IMG/VR virus record: IMGVR_UViG_3300031344_000001
Direction: 5' to 3' (one strand)
DNA: 64,000 nt
Source of the DNA: a virus
Lineage: Duplodnaviria; Heunggongvirae; Uroviricota; Caudoviricetes
The notes under the pieces are model-generated. The model was given only the letters and a program-made list of their open reading frames with translations, was not told the DNA's origin and ran no database searches. Below, piece after piece: positions 30,332 through 40,112 of the stretch. A program made the translations under genes and the position numbers. The stretch's first letter is position 1. Each line of letters starts with the position of its first letter.

Positions 30332-30376
30332 GACGCACACTTGCGCGAACCCCCACCTCGGCACGCTTGCTGCTCT
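30332..30376 (+). promoter_or_regulatory. Conserved upstream element with sigma54-like core (copy 2)
   Basis: Same motif as 29618-29662. Confidence 0.5.
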
Positions 30377-30387
30377 TACGAAGGACC

Positions 30388-31059
30388 ATGCGCAAGACCA
30401 GCCGCCGCTCTCGCCGCACGACCACGGATCGCTCGGCCACCACCGACATCGTCTCGCAGCTGGAGTGCGCGATTCGCTACCCCCAGGCCACCCTGATCGG
30501 CGCCTTGGTCGGCGGGCTCGTCCCGTGGTTCGCGCGCACGCTGGCGCACGAGCAGCTGCCTGCCACGTGGTCCTCGGGCAACCACGGCCTCGCCCTCGTC
30601 ATGCTCACGGTCGTGCTCGGGTGCGCGTGCTTCAGCGCGATCACCGTCTACAAATTCGGTCGCGCCACGTTCAACGACACGCGCAAGGCTCTCGGGTTCA
30701 CGCTCGCCGTCGAGGGCGTCATGCTGGTCTCGCACGGCGCAACGAGCGCCGTCGCGCTCGCCACGCTGATCCTGATCAACGCGCTCGCGAACGGGTCCGC
30801 CATCGCGCTCGCCCGCGCGGCGACCTGCCGCCAGCGCGAAGCCGACGAGCGCCGCGCCGCGACCCGCCGCGCGCGGGGCACTTCGCAGCAGCACACGCCC
30901 GCGACGAAGAGCGCGCCGATCCCCGTGGTCGACGCGCCCACGACGGCGACCCGCCGCCCCACGCGCAGCGCGCCCGCCAAGACGACCGTCCGGTGGAATC
31001 CCACGATGTCCGACGTGGTCGACGCCGAGATCATCTCCGAGACCAAGCTCCTCGCGTAG
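30388..31059 (+). CDS. Multi-pass membrane protein
   Basis: About four TM segments; GAAGGA RBS. Confidence 0.65.
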   Translation: MRKTSRRSRRTTTDRSATTDIVSQLECAIRYPQATLIGALVGGLVPWFARTLAHEQLPATWSSGNHGLALVMLTVVLGCACFSAITVYKFGRATFNDTRKALGFTLAVEGVMLVSHGATSAVALATLILINALANGSAIALARAATCRQREADERRAATRRARGTSQQHTPATKSAPIPVVDAPTTATRRPTRSAPAKTTVRWNPTMSDVVDAEIISETKLLA

Positions 31060-31066
31060 TGCCACT

Positions 31067-31468
31067 ATGCACGACAACAATCCCATGACGAATCAAGCCG
31101 GCCTCAACGTGACCTTCCCCTACGTCACCGACCCAGCCGTTGCCCGCTATCAGTGCCAGGAGTGCGGCGGCTGGGAGCGCGCCGACAAGAAAAACGGCTG
31201 GATCCGCCACTCCAAGCGTTGCGACAGCAAGCCCCAAGCGGCTCCATCAGCCACCGACCGCGCCAATGCCAGCCTACTTGCTGCCGCGAAGACCCCTGCC
31301 AAGCAACTCGACCGCGAAATCGCCGAGTCGGTCCGCGACAGCGAGCTTCGTGCCTACGCCGACAACGTGCGGCGCACGGGGCTCACCAAGGGACGCACCG
31401 AAGATCTCGTCGAGGCCGTCCGCAAAGGTTTTCTTTCCGTGTCAGACGCGATGAACTCGGACGACTAA
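31067..31468 (+). CDS. Zn-finger-like small protein with KTPAKQLDREIAE tag
   Basis: CQEC...H..RC; start may be 31086. Confidence 0.65.
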   Translation: MHDNNPMTNQAGLNVTFPYVTDPAVARYQCQECGGWERADKKNGWIRHSKRCDSKPQAAPSATDRANASLLAAAKTPAKQLDREIAESVRDSELRAYADNVRRTGLTKGRTEDLVEAVRKGFLSVSDAMNSDD

Positions 31469-31488
31469 TCAACGAGGTCAACAAAACG

Positions 31489-32049
31489 ATGAGCAAGACA
31501 CCCCCCGCACAACTCGACCGCGAGATCGCCGAAGCCCTCTCCCGCCCGTCCGTGGACGGAAAGCGCCCCCTCTACGGCCACACGAGCGAGACTACCGCCT
31601 ACCTCGTCGAGGACTACCCGTACGGGTTCACCACGCGCACGCAGATCCGGTACTGGCTGGAGGAGAAGCCCAAGAAAGGCTGGCGCTTCGTCTCGCAGAC
31701 CCTGAACCCCAAAACGGGGCGCTGGAACAAGCCCAAAGCGTCCACGTACGCCGACTGGGGCGCCGCGATGTACCTCGACGAGAAAGGCCACGTTCAATGG
31801 GAGGCTGTCACGCCGTACTCCAACGACCGCCAGATTCTCGCGTTCGTGCGGACGTTCCCTGAAGCCAAGAGCGAGTTGCGCAAGGTGGTGCCCGCGAAGC
31901 TGCGCCACCTGCGCGACCGGATCAGCGGGAAGCTCCGCTGGACGGTCAACGGTGAAGTGCGCCCAGACTCAGAGGCCGACGTCGCGCGGCTCCACGCCGA
32001 GTTGGCGACCTGGGAAGAGATCGCCACGCTGGTCGATCGCACGGCGTAA
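31489..32049 (+). CDS. Phage-type hypothetical protein with N-terminal KTPPAQLDREIAE tag
   Basis: DYPYGF..RTQIRYWLE...QTLNPKTGRWNKPKASTY; GAGG RBS. Confidence 0.7.
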   Translation: MSKTPPAQLDREIAEALSRPSVDGKRPLYGHTSETTAYLVEDYPYGFTTRTQIRYWLEEKPKKGWRFVSQTLNPKTGRWNKPKASTYADWGAAMYLDEKGHVQWEAVTPYSNDRQILAFVRTFPEAKSELRKVVPAKLRHLRDRISGKLRWTVNGEVRPDSEADVARLHAELATWEEIATLVDRTA

Positions 32050-32185
32050 CGGTCGCGTGATCGGCACAAGGTGCCGACGCCGCCATGCCCAGCCAGCCGA
32101 GCAGTCACGTGAAATTCCTATTTCACCCCTGGGGGCGGTAAGCTCGGCGAACCGACGGCCCCAACGCGAACGGAAGCAAGCGATC

Positions 32186-33004
32186 ATGAAGCCCCTCAAG
32201 AAAAGCGTCCGCGCCAAGCACGCTCGACAGCTCTCGACGCCCATCAAGAAATTCGTCCGCGGCAAGCCCGAACGACAGCTCTCGACGCCCGACTCGACGC
32301 CCGACTCGACGCCCGAACGACAGCTCTCGACGTCCGACAAGCTCGATCGTGAGATCAACGAGGTGCTGAGCAGCCCCCGAAAGAGGCAGGGCCCTCGCGG
32401 CAAGGTCGCCCCGAGCGCAAAATCAAGCGTGCGTCCACCCACGTCCACGTCGGACGTTCGCTCGCCGACGTCTACCTCCACCGAAGTACGCAGCCCGACG
32501 TCCACGTCTACGGAGGTACGCTCGCCGACGTCCACATCCACGGACGCATACACGAGCGGTAACGTGACGGTCACGGGTGGCGCGGGAGACGGCGCTACGA
32601 CCTCGGTCAAGATCTACGCTTCCCCGAAATCTGGCAAAGATCCCCGTCGGGCGGATACGCGGTCGAACGAGTATCGCTCCCGGGGCTCACAGCAGCGCAT
32701 GACGGACATGATCGAAGCCACGATGGCACCGCGCACACCGGCGCCCATGCCCGCGATCATGCGTTCCACGGGCGATCGAAAGCACGCGAAGCCCAAAGAG
32801 CACTCCGATGACGGGCTCTCCAGGGAGCCGACCGCTGTATACGTGCCCAAGAAGGCACTGGGCTCCGTGAAGCAGCGCAGCTCGACATACGTGCCCAAGA
32901 AGGCACTGAGCCCCATGAAGTCTCGCAGCTCGGAGCGCGACCTCAACGCATGGCTCGACCGTCACGGTTACCACCACGCGCACGCTCGCAAGCAGGTCCG
33001 GTGA
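32186..33004 (+). CDS. Basic low-complexity repeat protein (RQLST, VRSPTSTST, YVPKKAL repeats)
   Basis: Lys/Arg/Ser/Thr-rich; contains LDREINE and ERDLNAWLDRHGY motifs. Confidence 0.65.
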   Translation: MKPLKKSVRAKHARQLSTPIKKFVRGKPERQLSTPDSTPDSTPERQLSTSDKLDREINEVLSSPRKRQGPRGKVAPSAKSSVRPPTSTSDVRSPTSTSTEVRSPTSTSTEVRSPTSTSTDAYTSGNVTVTGGAGDGATTSVKIYASPKSGKDPRRADTRSNEYRSRGSQQRMTDMIEATMAPRTPAPMPAIMRSTGDRKHAKPKEHSDDGLSREPTAVYVPKKALGSVKQRSSTYVPKKALSPMKSRSSERDLNAWLDRHGYHHAHARKQVR

Positions 33005-33082
33005 CTCACGCCTCACGTCCGGCACCTTTCACGTGCCGCAAGAAACCTGCGCGTTGCTGTCCGCTTCGATAGACTCCCCCTC

Positions 33083-33892
33083 ATGACCGCCCTTCGTTTC
33101 AGCAGAGCCAAGCCTACAGGCAGCTTCCGCGTGTTCCATCCGAGTTCACGGCGTGTTGCTGCACACACCGACACGCTCGCCGAAGCCCGGAAGGACGCCG
33201 AGTTCTGGACCAAGACGACCCCAAACCCCGTCGAAATCCAGAAGCGCTTTCCCTCAGGTACGTGGGTCACGATCGAAACCAAGAAGCGCCAGTTCACGTC
33301 TGCTCCTGCACACACGAGCGCGACGAGCACGAAGCGCAGCCTTGGGCCTAGGGCCAGGGCACACGCGACGAAGCTCGCGAAGACCGGCGACAAGACGAGC
33401 GACAAGATCAACGTCGATCATCTCGCGAAGATGTTCGGCCTGCCCGACTGGGACAAGATCGACGAGTTGAACCAGCAGCACTACTGGGAGATGGCCCACG
33501 GCGCTGGCGACGAGGAAGCGCAGATGGCCGCCGAGAGCACGGCGCAGGACGAAGTCTACGGAAAGTGGTACGACGCGGTCGTGCACGCCGCCTCGACGCT
33601 GTTCGACGAGCACGGCCTGGAGCTGCAACCGACCGGCAAGCAGGGAACCGAGGATCGACGCTACGACTTCAAGATCGTCCCGAGCGCGTCGTGGAACGCA
33701 GCCGCCGACAAGATCCGCACGACGCTCAACGGCGTCGGCACGTTCCACTTCGACGACCTGAAGGACTTCCTCAGCTCGGGGCCGTACACCGCGCGCCAAG
33801 CCGTCCTGTCGCACCTGGGCACGATTCGCAGCTACCCCGAAGTGTACGGCAGTCGCGACGCCCGCCAGCTGTACGACCAGCACTGGCGCTGA
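33083..33892 (+). CDS. Two-domain hypothetical protein with AHAT linker
   Basis: 269-aa ORF; TAGACT-N7-ATG. Confidence 0.7.
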   Translation: MTALRFSRAKPTGSFRVFHPSSRRVAAHTDTLAEARKDAEFWTKTTPNPVEIQKRFPSGTWVTIETKKRQFTSAPAHTSATSTKRSLGPRARAHATKLAKTGDKTSDKINVDHLAKMFGLPDWDKIDELNQQHYWEMAHGAGDEEAQMAAESTAQDEVYGKWYDAVVHAASTLFDEHGLELQPTGKQGTEDRRYDFKIVPSASWNAAADKIRTTLNGVGTFHFDDLKDFLSSGPYTARQAVLSHLGTIRSYPEVYGSRDARQLYDQHWR

Positions 33893-34175
33893 AAACTGGC
33901 GGCAGCGCTGAGCGCTGAGTAGCCTGGCAAGCATGAGAGACGCTTGCCTCCTCCGCGACGCCTGCCCTGAAGGACCTCAGTCCCTCAGCACCAGTCGCGT
34001 CACCATGCTGGCCGTCGACACGGGACTCGGCATCCAGGGCGTACCAGCCTGCGACGCCACGCGGCGCTGCCGACGCTGCCGACACCGTCGCTGCCGCTGC
34101 TGAGTCCCCTCGGCCCCCGCGATCTGCGGCAGCCGACAACTTGACCCGCGTCCGAGCGAACGTGATGCTCGCTAA

Positions 34176-35366
34176 ATGGCGACGGCAAAACGTCCGACAC
34201 TCCGCAAGAACGATCGCGTGACGCTTGCCTCACACAAGAGCGTGATCCCGTCATACGACGGAAAGCCTTTCGTCCTCCGCGACACGGTGCTGACGGTCTC
34301 ACACCTCACGGGCACGGGCTCGAATCGAAATCCTTGGCACGTCGTCGTCACCGACGGCACCCACTTCTGGTACCTCGAACCCGACGACGTCACTCCTGTC
34401 GACAACGTCGACAACAGCGCCGCGCACAGTGCCGTGAAGCAACGCAACGCGGAGCGCGAACTCGACGACTGGCTCAACCGTCACGGCTACCGCCACGAGA
34501 GACAGCCTCCGGTCGCGGGCGTCGGGCACGCGGCGAAGTCGTACGAGGACCCCGCCGAGAGACTGTCCATCGCGACGTTCCCGACGGGCATCAGCTACGC
34601 CGACAAGCAGCGTCAACGCCACGGCGACTACCTGCGACTGGCGTTCCTTCCGTTCAAAACGCTGGAACTGGAGTGGGCTCCCGTGCCCATCGCACTCGGC
34701 CTTCGGCACCTGATCGAGGAGCACGCGCAACGCCTGCGCGCTCGCCGCGGAGAGGACTACCCCACCTCGACGAACGGCCAGACGGTCAAGCTCGGGCACG
34801 CGCGCGTGATCCACCACGCCACACGAAAACGCGGCGACGCCCCCAAGTTCCAGGTCGGCGACATCGTCCGGCGCACGGCCGCGCGAATGCGGTCGATGGG
34901 TATCATCGCTGGGCCCGTCAACGGCAAGGTCGTTGGCTACTCGGGCCCGTGGCCCCTCATTCACTGGTCCGACATGAGCGAGTCGGACGAGCCGATGACG
35001 CAGGCCGAAGAAGGTCTCGAGCTGGACAAGCGCGCGATGGCGCGGCGCCCTGCCGTCGGTCACGCGCGGATGATCCACCAGGCCCCGACCGGTCGAGCAG
35101 TGTTCGCCGCGCACGAACGCGACCACCACATCACGACGTCCGGTCGCCGCGCCCTCACCTCCGCGCAGTTCGCGCTCCCCCCAGGCCCCGAGGAAAAGCG
35201 TCGTGGGATCAAGGGCCGACTGCCCATCGACACGCTCGACCGCGCCCGCAACGCGCTCACGCGCGCCGCGCAAATGCTCAAGCACGGGAGCATCAACCTC
35301 GGCCAACTCACGACAGCCCGGCGCAGGGTCCACGCGGCGTGGCCGTCGATTGAGAGCTACGCATGA
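34176..35366 (+). CDS. Multi-domain protein with HA linkers; C-terminal DUF6582-like domain
   Basis: R.AL.SAQFALP...LPID..DRARNAL.RAAQ; linkers [16 protein letters not shown]. Confidence 0.7.
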   Translation: MATAKRPTLRKNDRVTLASHKSVIPSYDGKPFVLRDTVLTVSHLTGTGSNRNPWHVVVTDGTHFWYLEPDDVTPVDNVDNSAAHSAVKQRNAERELDDWLNRHGYRHERQPPVAGVGHAAKSYEDPAERLSIATFPTGISYADKQRQRHGDYLRLAFLPFKTLELEWAPVPIALGLRHLIEEHAQRLRARRGEDYPTSTNGQTVKLGHARVIHHATRKRGDAPKFQVGDIVRRTAARMRSMGIIAGPVNGKVVGYSGPWPLIHWSDMSESDEPMTQAEEGLELDKRAMARRPAVGHARMIHQAPTGRAVFAAHERDHHITTSGRRALTSAQFALPPGPEEKRRGIKGRLPIDTLDRARNALTRAAQMLKHGSINLGQLTTARRRVHAAWPSIESYA

Positions 35367-35533
35367 TCGAGCGCAACTACGACGCCGCGGTCATCCGCTG
35401 GTTCGACTGCGTTGCGCGAGGCACCCACCGGTTCAACAGCGCGGGCGCGTGCATGGACTGCGGGGCCCCACGCCGCGGGCCCACAGTGACGATACGCGGC
35501 GGCGGCCAACCGCGTCGCGAGAGCGCCAAGTAA
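35363..35533 (+). CDS. Small Cys/His peptide (MIERNYDAAV...)
   Basis: ATGA overlap; below ORF-track cutoff. Confidence 0.4.
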   Translation: MIERNYDAAVIRWFDCVARGTHRFNSAGACMDCGAPRRGPTVTIRGGGQPRRESAK

Positions 35534-35607
35534 GCTCCACACTTCACGGCGGCGGACGACGACTGCCGAAAAATGGAGATCCTGTACCGGTCACGTAGGA
35601 TCGCCGG

Positions 35608-36138
35608 ATGTCCGACAGCAAACGCGGCTCCGAGGGACGCGGCGAACGCGGGCCCCGCGGACACCGCGGACCCCACGGACGCGACGGCTCCGCAGGATCA
35701 GGGACCACGGGCCCCGCGGGACTGACAGGCCCATCCGGGCCATCCGGTCCGTCGAGCTCGTCCAGGAGCCAGGCCAAGTTCTCCGGCCTGATGCAGACCT
35801 CGGGTAACACGCTCCTGGCCGACGCCGGGACCGCGAACCTCGGGTCAAACACCTTTCCCGCCTACCCGGTCCCTTCCGCGCACGCCCTGCAAAACCTGGC
35901 CACGAACCTCGGCGGGTTCGTCGTGCCCGCCGCCAGTACCATCGTCTTCGAGGTGCTGGTGAACGGCGCTGTCGTGGCCGGCTACTCCGTCACGTACACG
36001 ACCGGCGAGTCAGGGGTCAAGACGATCACCTTCGGCCCTGAAGCCTTGTCGGCCAACGACACGTTCGCCCTTCGCGTCACGCCCGCCGGAACGTTTGGAT
36101 CAGCCGTCCCGGTGACGGCCACCATCGAGGTCGCGTGA
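35608..36138 (+). CDS. Short collagen-like (Gly-X-Y) protein with C-terminal beta domain, paralogue 1
   Basis: GERGPRGHRGPHG...GPSGPSGPS; paralogous to 39214-39750. Confidence 0.75.
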   Translation: MSDSKRGSEGRGERGPRGHRGPHGRDGSAGSGTTGPAGLTGPSGPSGPSSSSRSQAKFSGLMQTSGNTLLADAGTANLGSNTFPAYPVPSAHALQNLATNLGGFVVPAASTIVFEVLVNGAVVAGYSVTYTTGESGVKTITFGPEALSANDTFALRVTPAGTFGSAVPVTATIEVA

Positions 36139-36366
36139 ATGCTCGGGCACTACTGCCCCTGCGGCTACCACGCGCCCACACTCGCGGGCCTGCGCAGGCA
36201 CGCGCGAAAGTGCGGGCGCGCTGACGCCAAACTGCGAGCTGCGGAAGATCGTGCCCGCGTCGAGCGCGTCGAGCGCGCGAAGAAGATCAACGACGCCACG
36301 CGCGCGGAGTGGTGGCAGCGCCTCCTGGGGCATCCACCTCCGCGGCACTTCCTGAAGCGTCCGTGA
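36139..36366 (+). CDS. Small Zn-finger-like protein
   Basis: CPCG...H..KC. Confidence 0.5.
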   Translation: MLGHYCPCGYHAPTLAGLRRHARKCGRADAKLRAAEDRARVERVERAKKINDATRAEWWQRLLGHPPPRHFLKRP

Positions 36367-36409
36367 TCCGTGATCGAGCACCCCGACGAGCGCACGAACC
36401 CACGCGCTC

Positions 36410-36919
36410 ATGGAGAACCCGGTGAGCCCCGAGAAGACCCCCAAGAAGATCGACCGCGGTAACGAGGAAGCCCTGCGCACGATCGGTCGCGGACGCAGCT
36501 CGCACTGGCCCACGGTCGAGAAGGCGTTCCGCAAGCTCCATCCACAGTGCGTCTGCTGCGTCGTCCCAAGCACCAAGCACGTCCAGATCCACCACCGCTT
36601 CCCGTTCCACTTCTGCGTCGCCCTCGGCAGGGCGGACCTCGAGCTGGACATGCGCAACCTCATCACGCTCTGCGAGTGGCCGAGCCACCCGAGCCCCGAC
36701 CATCACTTGCTGATCGGGCACCTGGACAACTTCCGATCGTCGAACCTCGACGTCGCCGAGGACGCCGTCACCTTCCGCGGCATGACCGAGGCCGAGATCA
36801 AGAAAGACGCGCGCTGGGTCGCCAAGGTCAAGACGCGCCTCGCGGTGCTCGACGAGATGACCACGAAGGACAAGGCGTCCTTCGTCAAGCGCATGAACGC
36901 AACGTTCCCCAAGAAGTAG
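36410..36919 (+). CDS. HNH endonuclease-like protein
   Basis: CVCC...VQIHH.FPFH...ELD..NLITLC.....HHLLIGH. Confidence 0.7.
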   Translation: MENPVSPEKTPKKIDRGNEEALRTIGRGRSSHWPTVEKAFRKLHPQCVCCVVPSTKHVQIHHRFPFHFCVALGRADLELDMRNLITLCEWPSHPSPDHHLLIGHLDNFRSSNLDVAEDAVTFRGMTEAEIKKDARWVAKVKTRLAVLDEMTTKDKASFVKRMNATFPKK

Positions 36920-36984
36920 CCGGCATGGGGCACGGGCGCGGTCACGAAGTCGCGTGACACAGCGCGCGCACCTAGACTCTTGAG

Positions 36985-37236
36985 ATGAGCGACCACCCCA
37001 GAGACCCGCGGCCGACGGTGAGACTCGACCCGACCGACCTGCGCCCGTCGTGGCCGATCATCGTCGCGTCCCTGGAGCAGATCTCCGAGTGGGCCACGCT
37101 GGCCCTCCGCCTCGGGACGCTCGCCCTCATCCAGGAGTGCGTGCGCGACCTCGCCCAAAGGGACGCCCGCGCTGACGGGATCGTGAGGCTACGCGAGCTG
37201 GTCGACGCCCTCGCGCACATGCCGTTCGAGACGTGA
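36985..37236 (+). CDS. Hypothetical protein
   Basis: TAGACT-N6-ATG; GTGA coupling downstream. Confidence 0.55.
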   Translation: MSDHPRDPRPTVRLDPTDLRPSWPIIVASLEQISEWATLALRLGTLALIQECVRDLAQRDARADGIVRLRELVDALAHMPFET

Positions 37237-37925
37237 CAGATCTCCCCACGACCACGCGCCCACGCGGACGCACCATCGTTCGCAGTAGTCTCTCCACCAT
37301 GCAACGCCTGTCCCCCACATCTACCGTCCAACCGAACCCCTTCCAGCACGGCCGCAACGACGTCTTCGTCAACGTCTCCGCCGAGATGCGTGACGAGGCC
37401 CTCAAACGCACCTCCGACGTGCTGTGGGAGCTCGACAAGATCCGCAAGTCGCTGGAGCTGCCGATCGAGCAACTCCCGATCGTGATCGAGACCTACAGCC
37501 AGGCCGTGCTCGCGCTGGTGGCGGAGGCAGCGCACGCGGAGCGCGCCAAGCACACGAAGCGCGTGCCGATCACGATGCGGTCAGAGAATCGCGAATACCA
37601 GCCGATGAAGCTCGCCCCCGGCGAGAAGTTCGACGTCATCACCCGGCCGCAGGAGATCTCGTTCACGCCTGAGGACTTCACGATCCACGGCGATCGAAAG
37701 CGCTGGCTCGTGCACGACGTCAAGATCGGCAACCGGTCGCAGTTCGCCAGTCACCGCGGCCCCGCGCCCGGCACCGAATTCGGCCCGGGTGGCCTCCTGG
37801 AGCACATGCGCCTCGAGACCGTGAGGACGGCGATGGACCTCGTCCTGGTCGTCGAGTACATCGGCCCCGAGCCGGAGGGCGAGGTATTCGAGGCCACGGT
37901 GGTCGGAACCGTCATGGTGCTCTAG
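37233..37925 (+). CDS. Helical N-terminus fused to diverged capsid-like beta domain
   Basis: ITRPQEISF...WLVHDVKIGNRSQF...RTAMDLVLVVEYIG...FEATVVGT. Confidence 0.75.
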   Translation: MTDLPTTTRPRGRTIVRSSLSTMQRLSPTSTVQPNPFQHGRNDVFVNVSAEMRDEALKRTSDVLWELDKIRKSLELPIEQLPIVIETYSQAVLALVAEAAHAERAKHTKRVPITMRSENREYQPMKLAPGEKFDVITRPQEISFTPEDFTIHGDRKRWLVHDVKIGNRSQFASHRGPAPGTEFGPGGLLEHMRLETVRTAMDLVLVVEYIGPEPEGEVFEATVVGTVMVL

Positions 37926-37983
37926 CTCTAGCCCCGACCGCGACTATCTCGATCGTGCCGTGACCCTCGGCTAGGATGCGTGC

Positions 37984-39033
37984 ATGCGACACGCGGTGAT
38001 CCTCGCGGGCGGTTCAGGCACGCGCCTCTGGCCTGCGTCGCGACGATCGCGACCCAAGCAACTCCTGCCATTGGCGTCCGACGAACCCCTGATCGCAGCA
38101 GCCGTCGCGCTCGGACGCGAGGTGGCCGACCGCGTGCTGGTCGTGACCGCAGAATCGCAGGTCGAGGCAACGATCGACGCCGTACCCGGCGTCGAGGTGC
38201 TCGCCGAGCCCGTCGGAAGGAACACCGCCGCGGCGATCGGCCTCGCCGCCGCGACGATCGCCGACCGCGACCTCCACGCAACGATCGCCGTCCTACCGGC
38301 TGACCACCACGTCCGCGACCGCGACGGCATGGCACGCGCGATCACCGCATGCCTGTCCGCCGCCGAGAAGACCGACGTGATCGCGCTCGTCGGCATCCCT
38401 CCCACGCGCGCGGAGACGGGCTACGGCTACCTGGAGGTGTCCGCCGACCCCTCGAACGACGACGGCGTGCGCACCGTGCGGCGCTTCGTCGAGAAGCCCG
38501 ACCGCACCAACGCCGAGGAGTACCTCGCGAGCGGGCGCTTCCTGTGGAACGCGGGAATCTTTTGCTCGACCGCGCGGCGACTCCTCGCCGAGCTCGACGC
38601 TCACCTACCCCAGACCGCCGGCATCGTGCGCCAGATCGTGCGCGACAACGGCCTCGTCGTCGACCCCCGCGGCCTCTACGAACAGATCGTACCCACGTCG
38701 TTCGACCACGGCGTAATGGAGAAGGTTGCGCGAGTGGTCGTCGTACCCGCGGCGGTCGGCTGGAGCGACGTCGGATCGTGGGCGGCCCTCCCCGAAGTGC
38801 ACGGCACCAGCAAGATCAGCGGCAACACCATGGTCGGGACGACCTGCGCGATCGACAGCAACGACAACATCCTGGTGTCCGACGACGAGACCCTAATCGC
38901 GGCGATCGGCGTGTCGGACCTCGTCGTGGTAAAGTTCGGCGACGCGATCCTGGTCACGCGCAAGGACCAGGCGCAGCGAGTCAAGGACCTCGTCGAGGCT
39001 CTCGGTGCGGGCGGGTGGTCGCGCTACCTGTGA
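37984..39033 (+). CDS. manC: Mannose-1-phosphate guanylyltransferase
   Basis: ILAGGSGTRLWPASR...PKQ, EPVGRNTA, PADH, ETGYGY, FVEKP, WNAGIF, WSDVGSW. Confidence 0.92.
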   Translation: MRHAVILAGGSGTRLWPASRRSRPKQLLPLASDEPLIAAAVALGREVADRVLVVTAESQVEATIDAVPGVEVLAEPVGRNTAAAIGLAAATIADRDLHATIAVLPADHHVRDRDGMARAITACLSAAEKTDVIALVGIPPTRAETGYGYLEVSADPSNDDGVRTVRRFVEKPDRTNAEEYLASGRFLWNAGIFCSTARRLLAELDAHLPQTAGIVRQIVRDNGLVVDPRGLYEQIVPTSFDHGVMEKVARVVVVPAAVGWSDVGSWAALPEVHGTSKISGNTMVGTTCAIDSNDNILVSDDETLIAAIGVSDLVVVKFGDAILVTRKDQAQRVKDLVEALGAGGWSRYL

Positions 39034-39213
39034 CAGCAGCACGACGCTCTGGCATGCCTACAACATCGACGAGACACGCTGGATCGCGAGAGACCACTTC
39101 ACGCTTCACGCTTCACGCTCGAATCCATCAAACGTGTGCTCACCGAACTGGACTACTGCTCTTCCCCGAAGGACCCACTCCGCCGGGAAGCGCCTCGCGG
39201 TGCGAAGCACGAA

Positions 39214-39750
39214 TCACGTGGTCTCGATCTCGAGGACCGCTGACACCGGAATCGCGCTCGAGAACCCCACGCCGACAGGCGCGACCGCCAGCGCGACCGT
39301 GTCGTCAGCCGCCAAGGCGACGGGACCGAAAGTGAGCGACTTGACCCCAGACTCACCGACCGCGTACGTGAGGGCGTAGCCCGCCACGGGCGCCCCGTTG
39401 ACCAGCACCTCGAAGGTGATGGTGCCGGCAGGCACGACGAACCCCCCGATGTTGGCAGCCAGGTTTCGCAGGGCACTCACGGAGGAGACTGGATAGCCAG
39501 GGAACGGAGTACCGGCCAAGAGCGTTCCAGTATCCGCCAAGATGAAGGTACCAGCCTCGATCAACCCCGAGAACTTGACGAGGCCCCTCGACGACGTGCC
39601 CGCAGCGCCGGCTGGACCTGTAGAACCTGTAGAACCTGTAGAGCCTGTCGGCCCCGTGGTGCCGGCAGCTCCATGAGGCCCGCGAGGCCCACGAGGCCCA
39701 CGAGGCCCGCGCTCGTGAAGAATTCCGGGGCCCCGTTTGATGTCAGACAT
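39214..39750 (-). CDS. Short collagen-like protein, paralogue 2
   Basis: RGPRGPRGPRGPHG...GSTGSTG; KFSGL...NLA.N.GGFVVPA..I.FEVLVNGA shared with 35608-36138. Confidence 0.75.
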   Translation of the reverse strand: MSDIKRGPGILHERGPRGPRGPRGPHGAAGTTGPTGSTGSTGSTGPAGAAGTSSRGLVKFSGLIEAGTFILADTGTLLAGTPFPGYPVSSVSALRNLAANIGGFVVPAGTITFEVLVNGAPVAGYALTYAVGESGVKSLTFGPVALAADDTVALAVAPVGVGFSSAIPVSAVLEIETT

Positions 39751-39875
39751 TTCCTGATCCTACGATACTGCCGCAAGATCACCATTTTTTGACGTCCGTC
39801 CACGACGTCTTCCAGCTTCCAGCGAGGGAAGCCGCGCGGACGGTGGACCACGGACCGCGTGATAGCGTCCGCGCC

Positions 39876-40112
39876 ATGAAGCAAGTCGTCTACACGTGCG
39901 AGCGCTGCGGCAAGCAGGCCGCGGTTGACACAGGCCCCGACAACGGTGTCCCCCTGACCATCCCCATGGAGTGGGCCGTGGTCCATTACGGGCGTCTCCA
40001 CACCGTGAACCAGGACGGGAACGCGCGGACCGTCCACACCACGAGCACGACGCACGCTTGCGGTGACTGCGCGGAGAGCGCGCTCCACGCGGTCGAGGCG
40101 CGGAAGCCATGA
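39876..40112 (+). CDS. Small Zn-ribbon protein
   Basis: CERC...CGDC; TAGCGT-N7-ATG; ATGA coupling to PMM. Confidence 0.55.
   Translation: MKQVVYTCERCGKQAAVDTGPDNGVPLTIPMEWAVVHYGRLHTVNQDGNARTVHTTSTTHACGDCAESALHAVEARKP

Noticed and set aside
31489-31540. Homology of KTPxQLDREIAE to the T4 capsid-targeting sequence
   Set aside because: Only a few residues coincide and no T4-like head genes are present; kept as analogy only
33893-34175. Possible gene or ncRNA between 33083-33892 and 34176-35366
   Set aside because: Only short hairpins and unconvincing ORFs; cannot be supported
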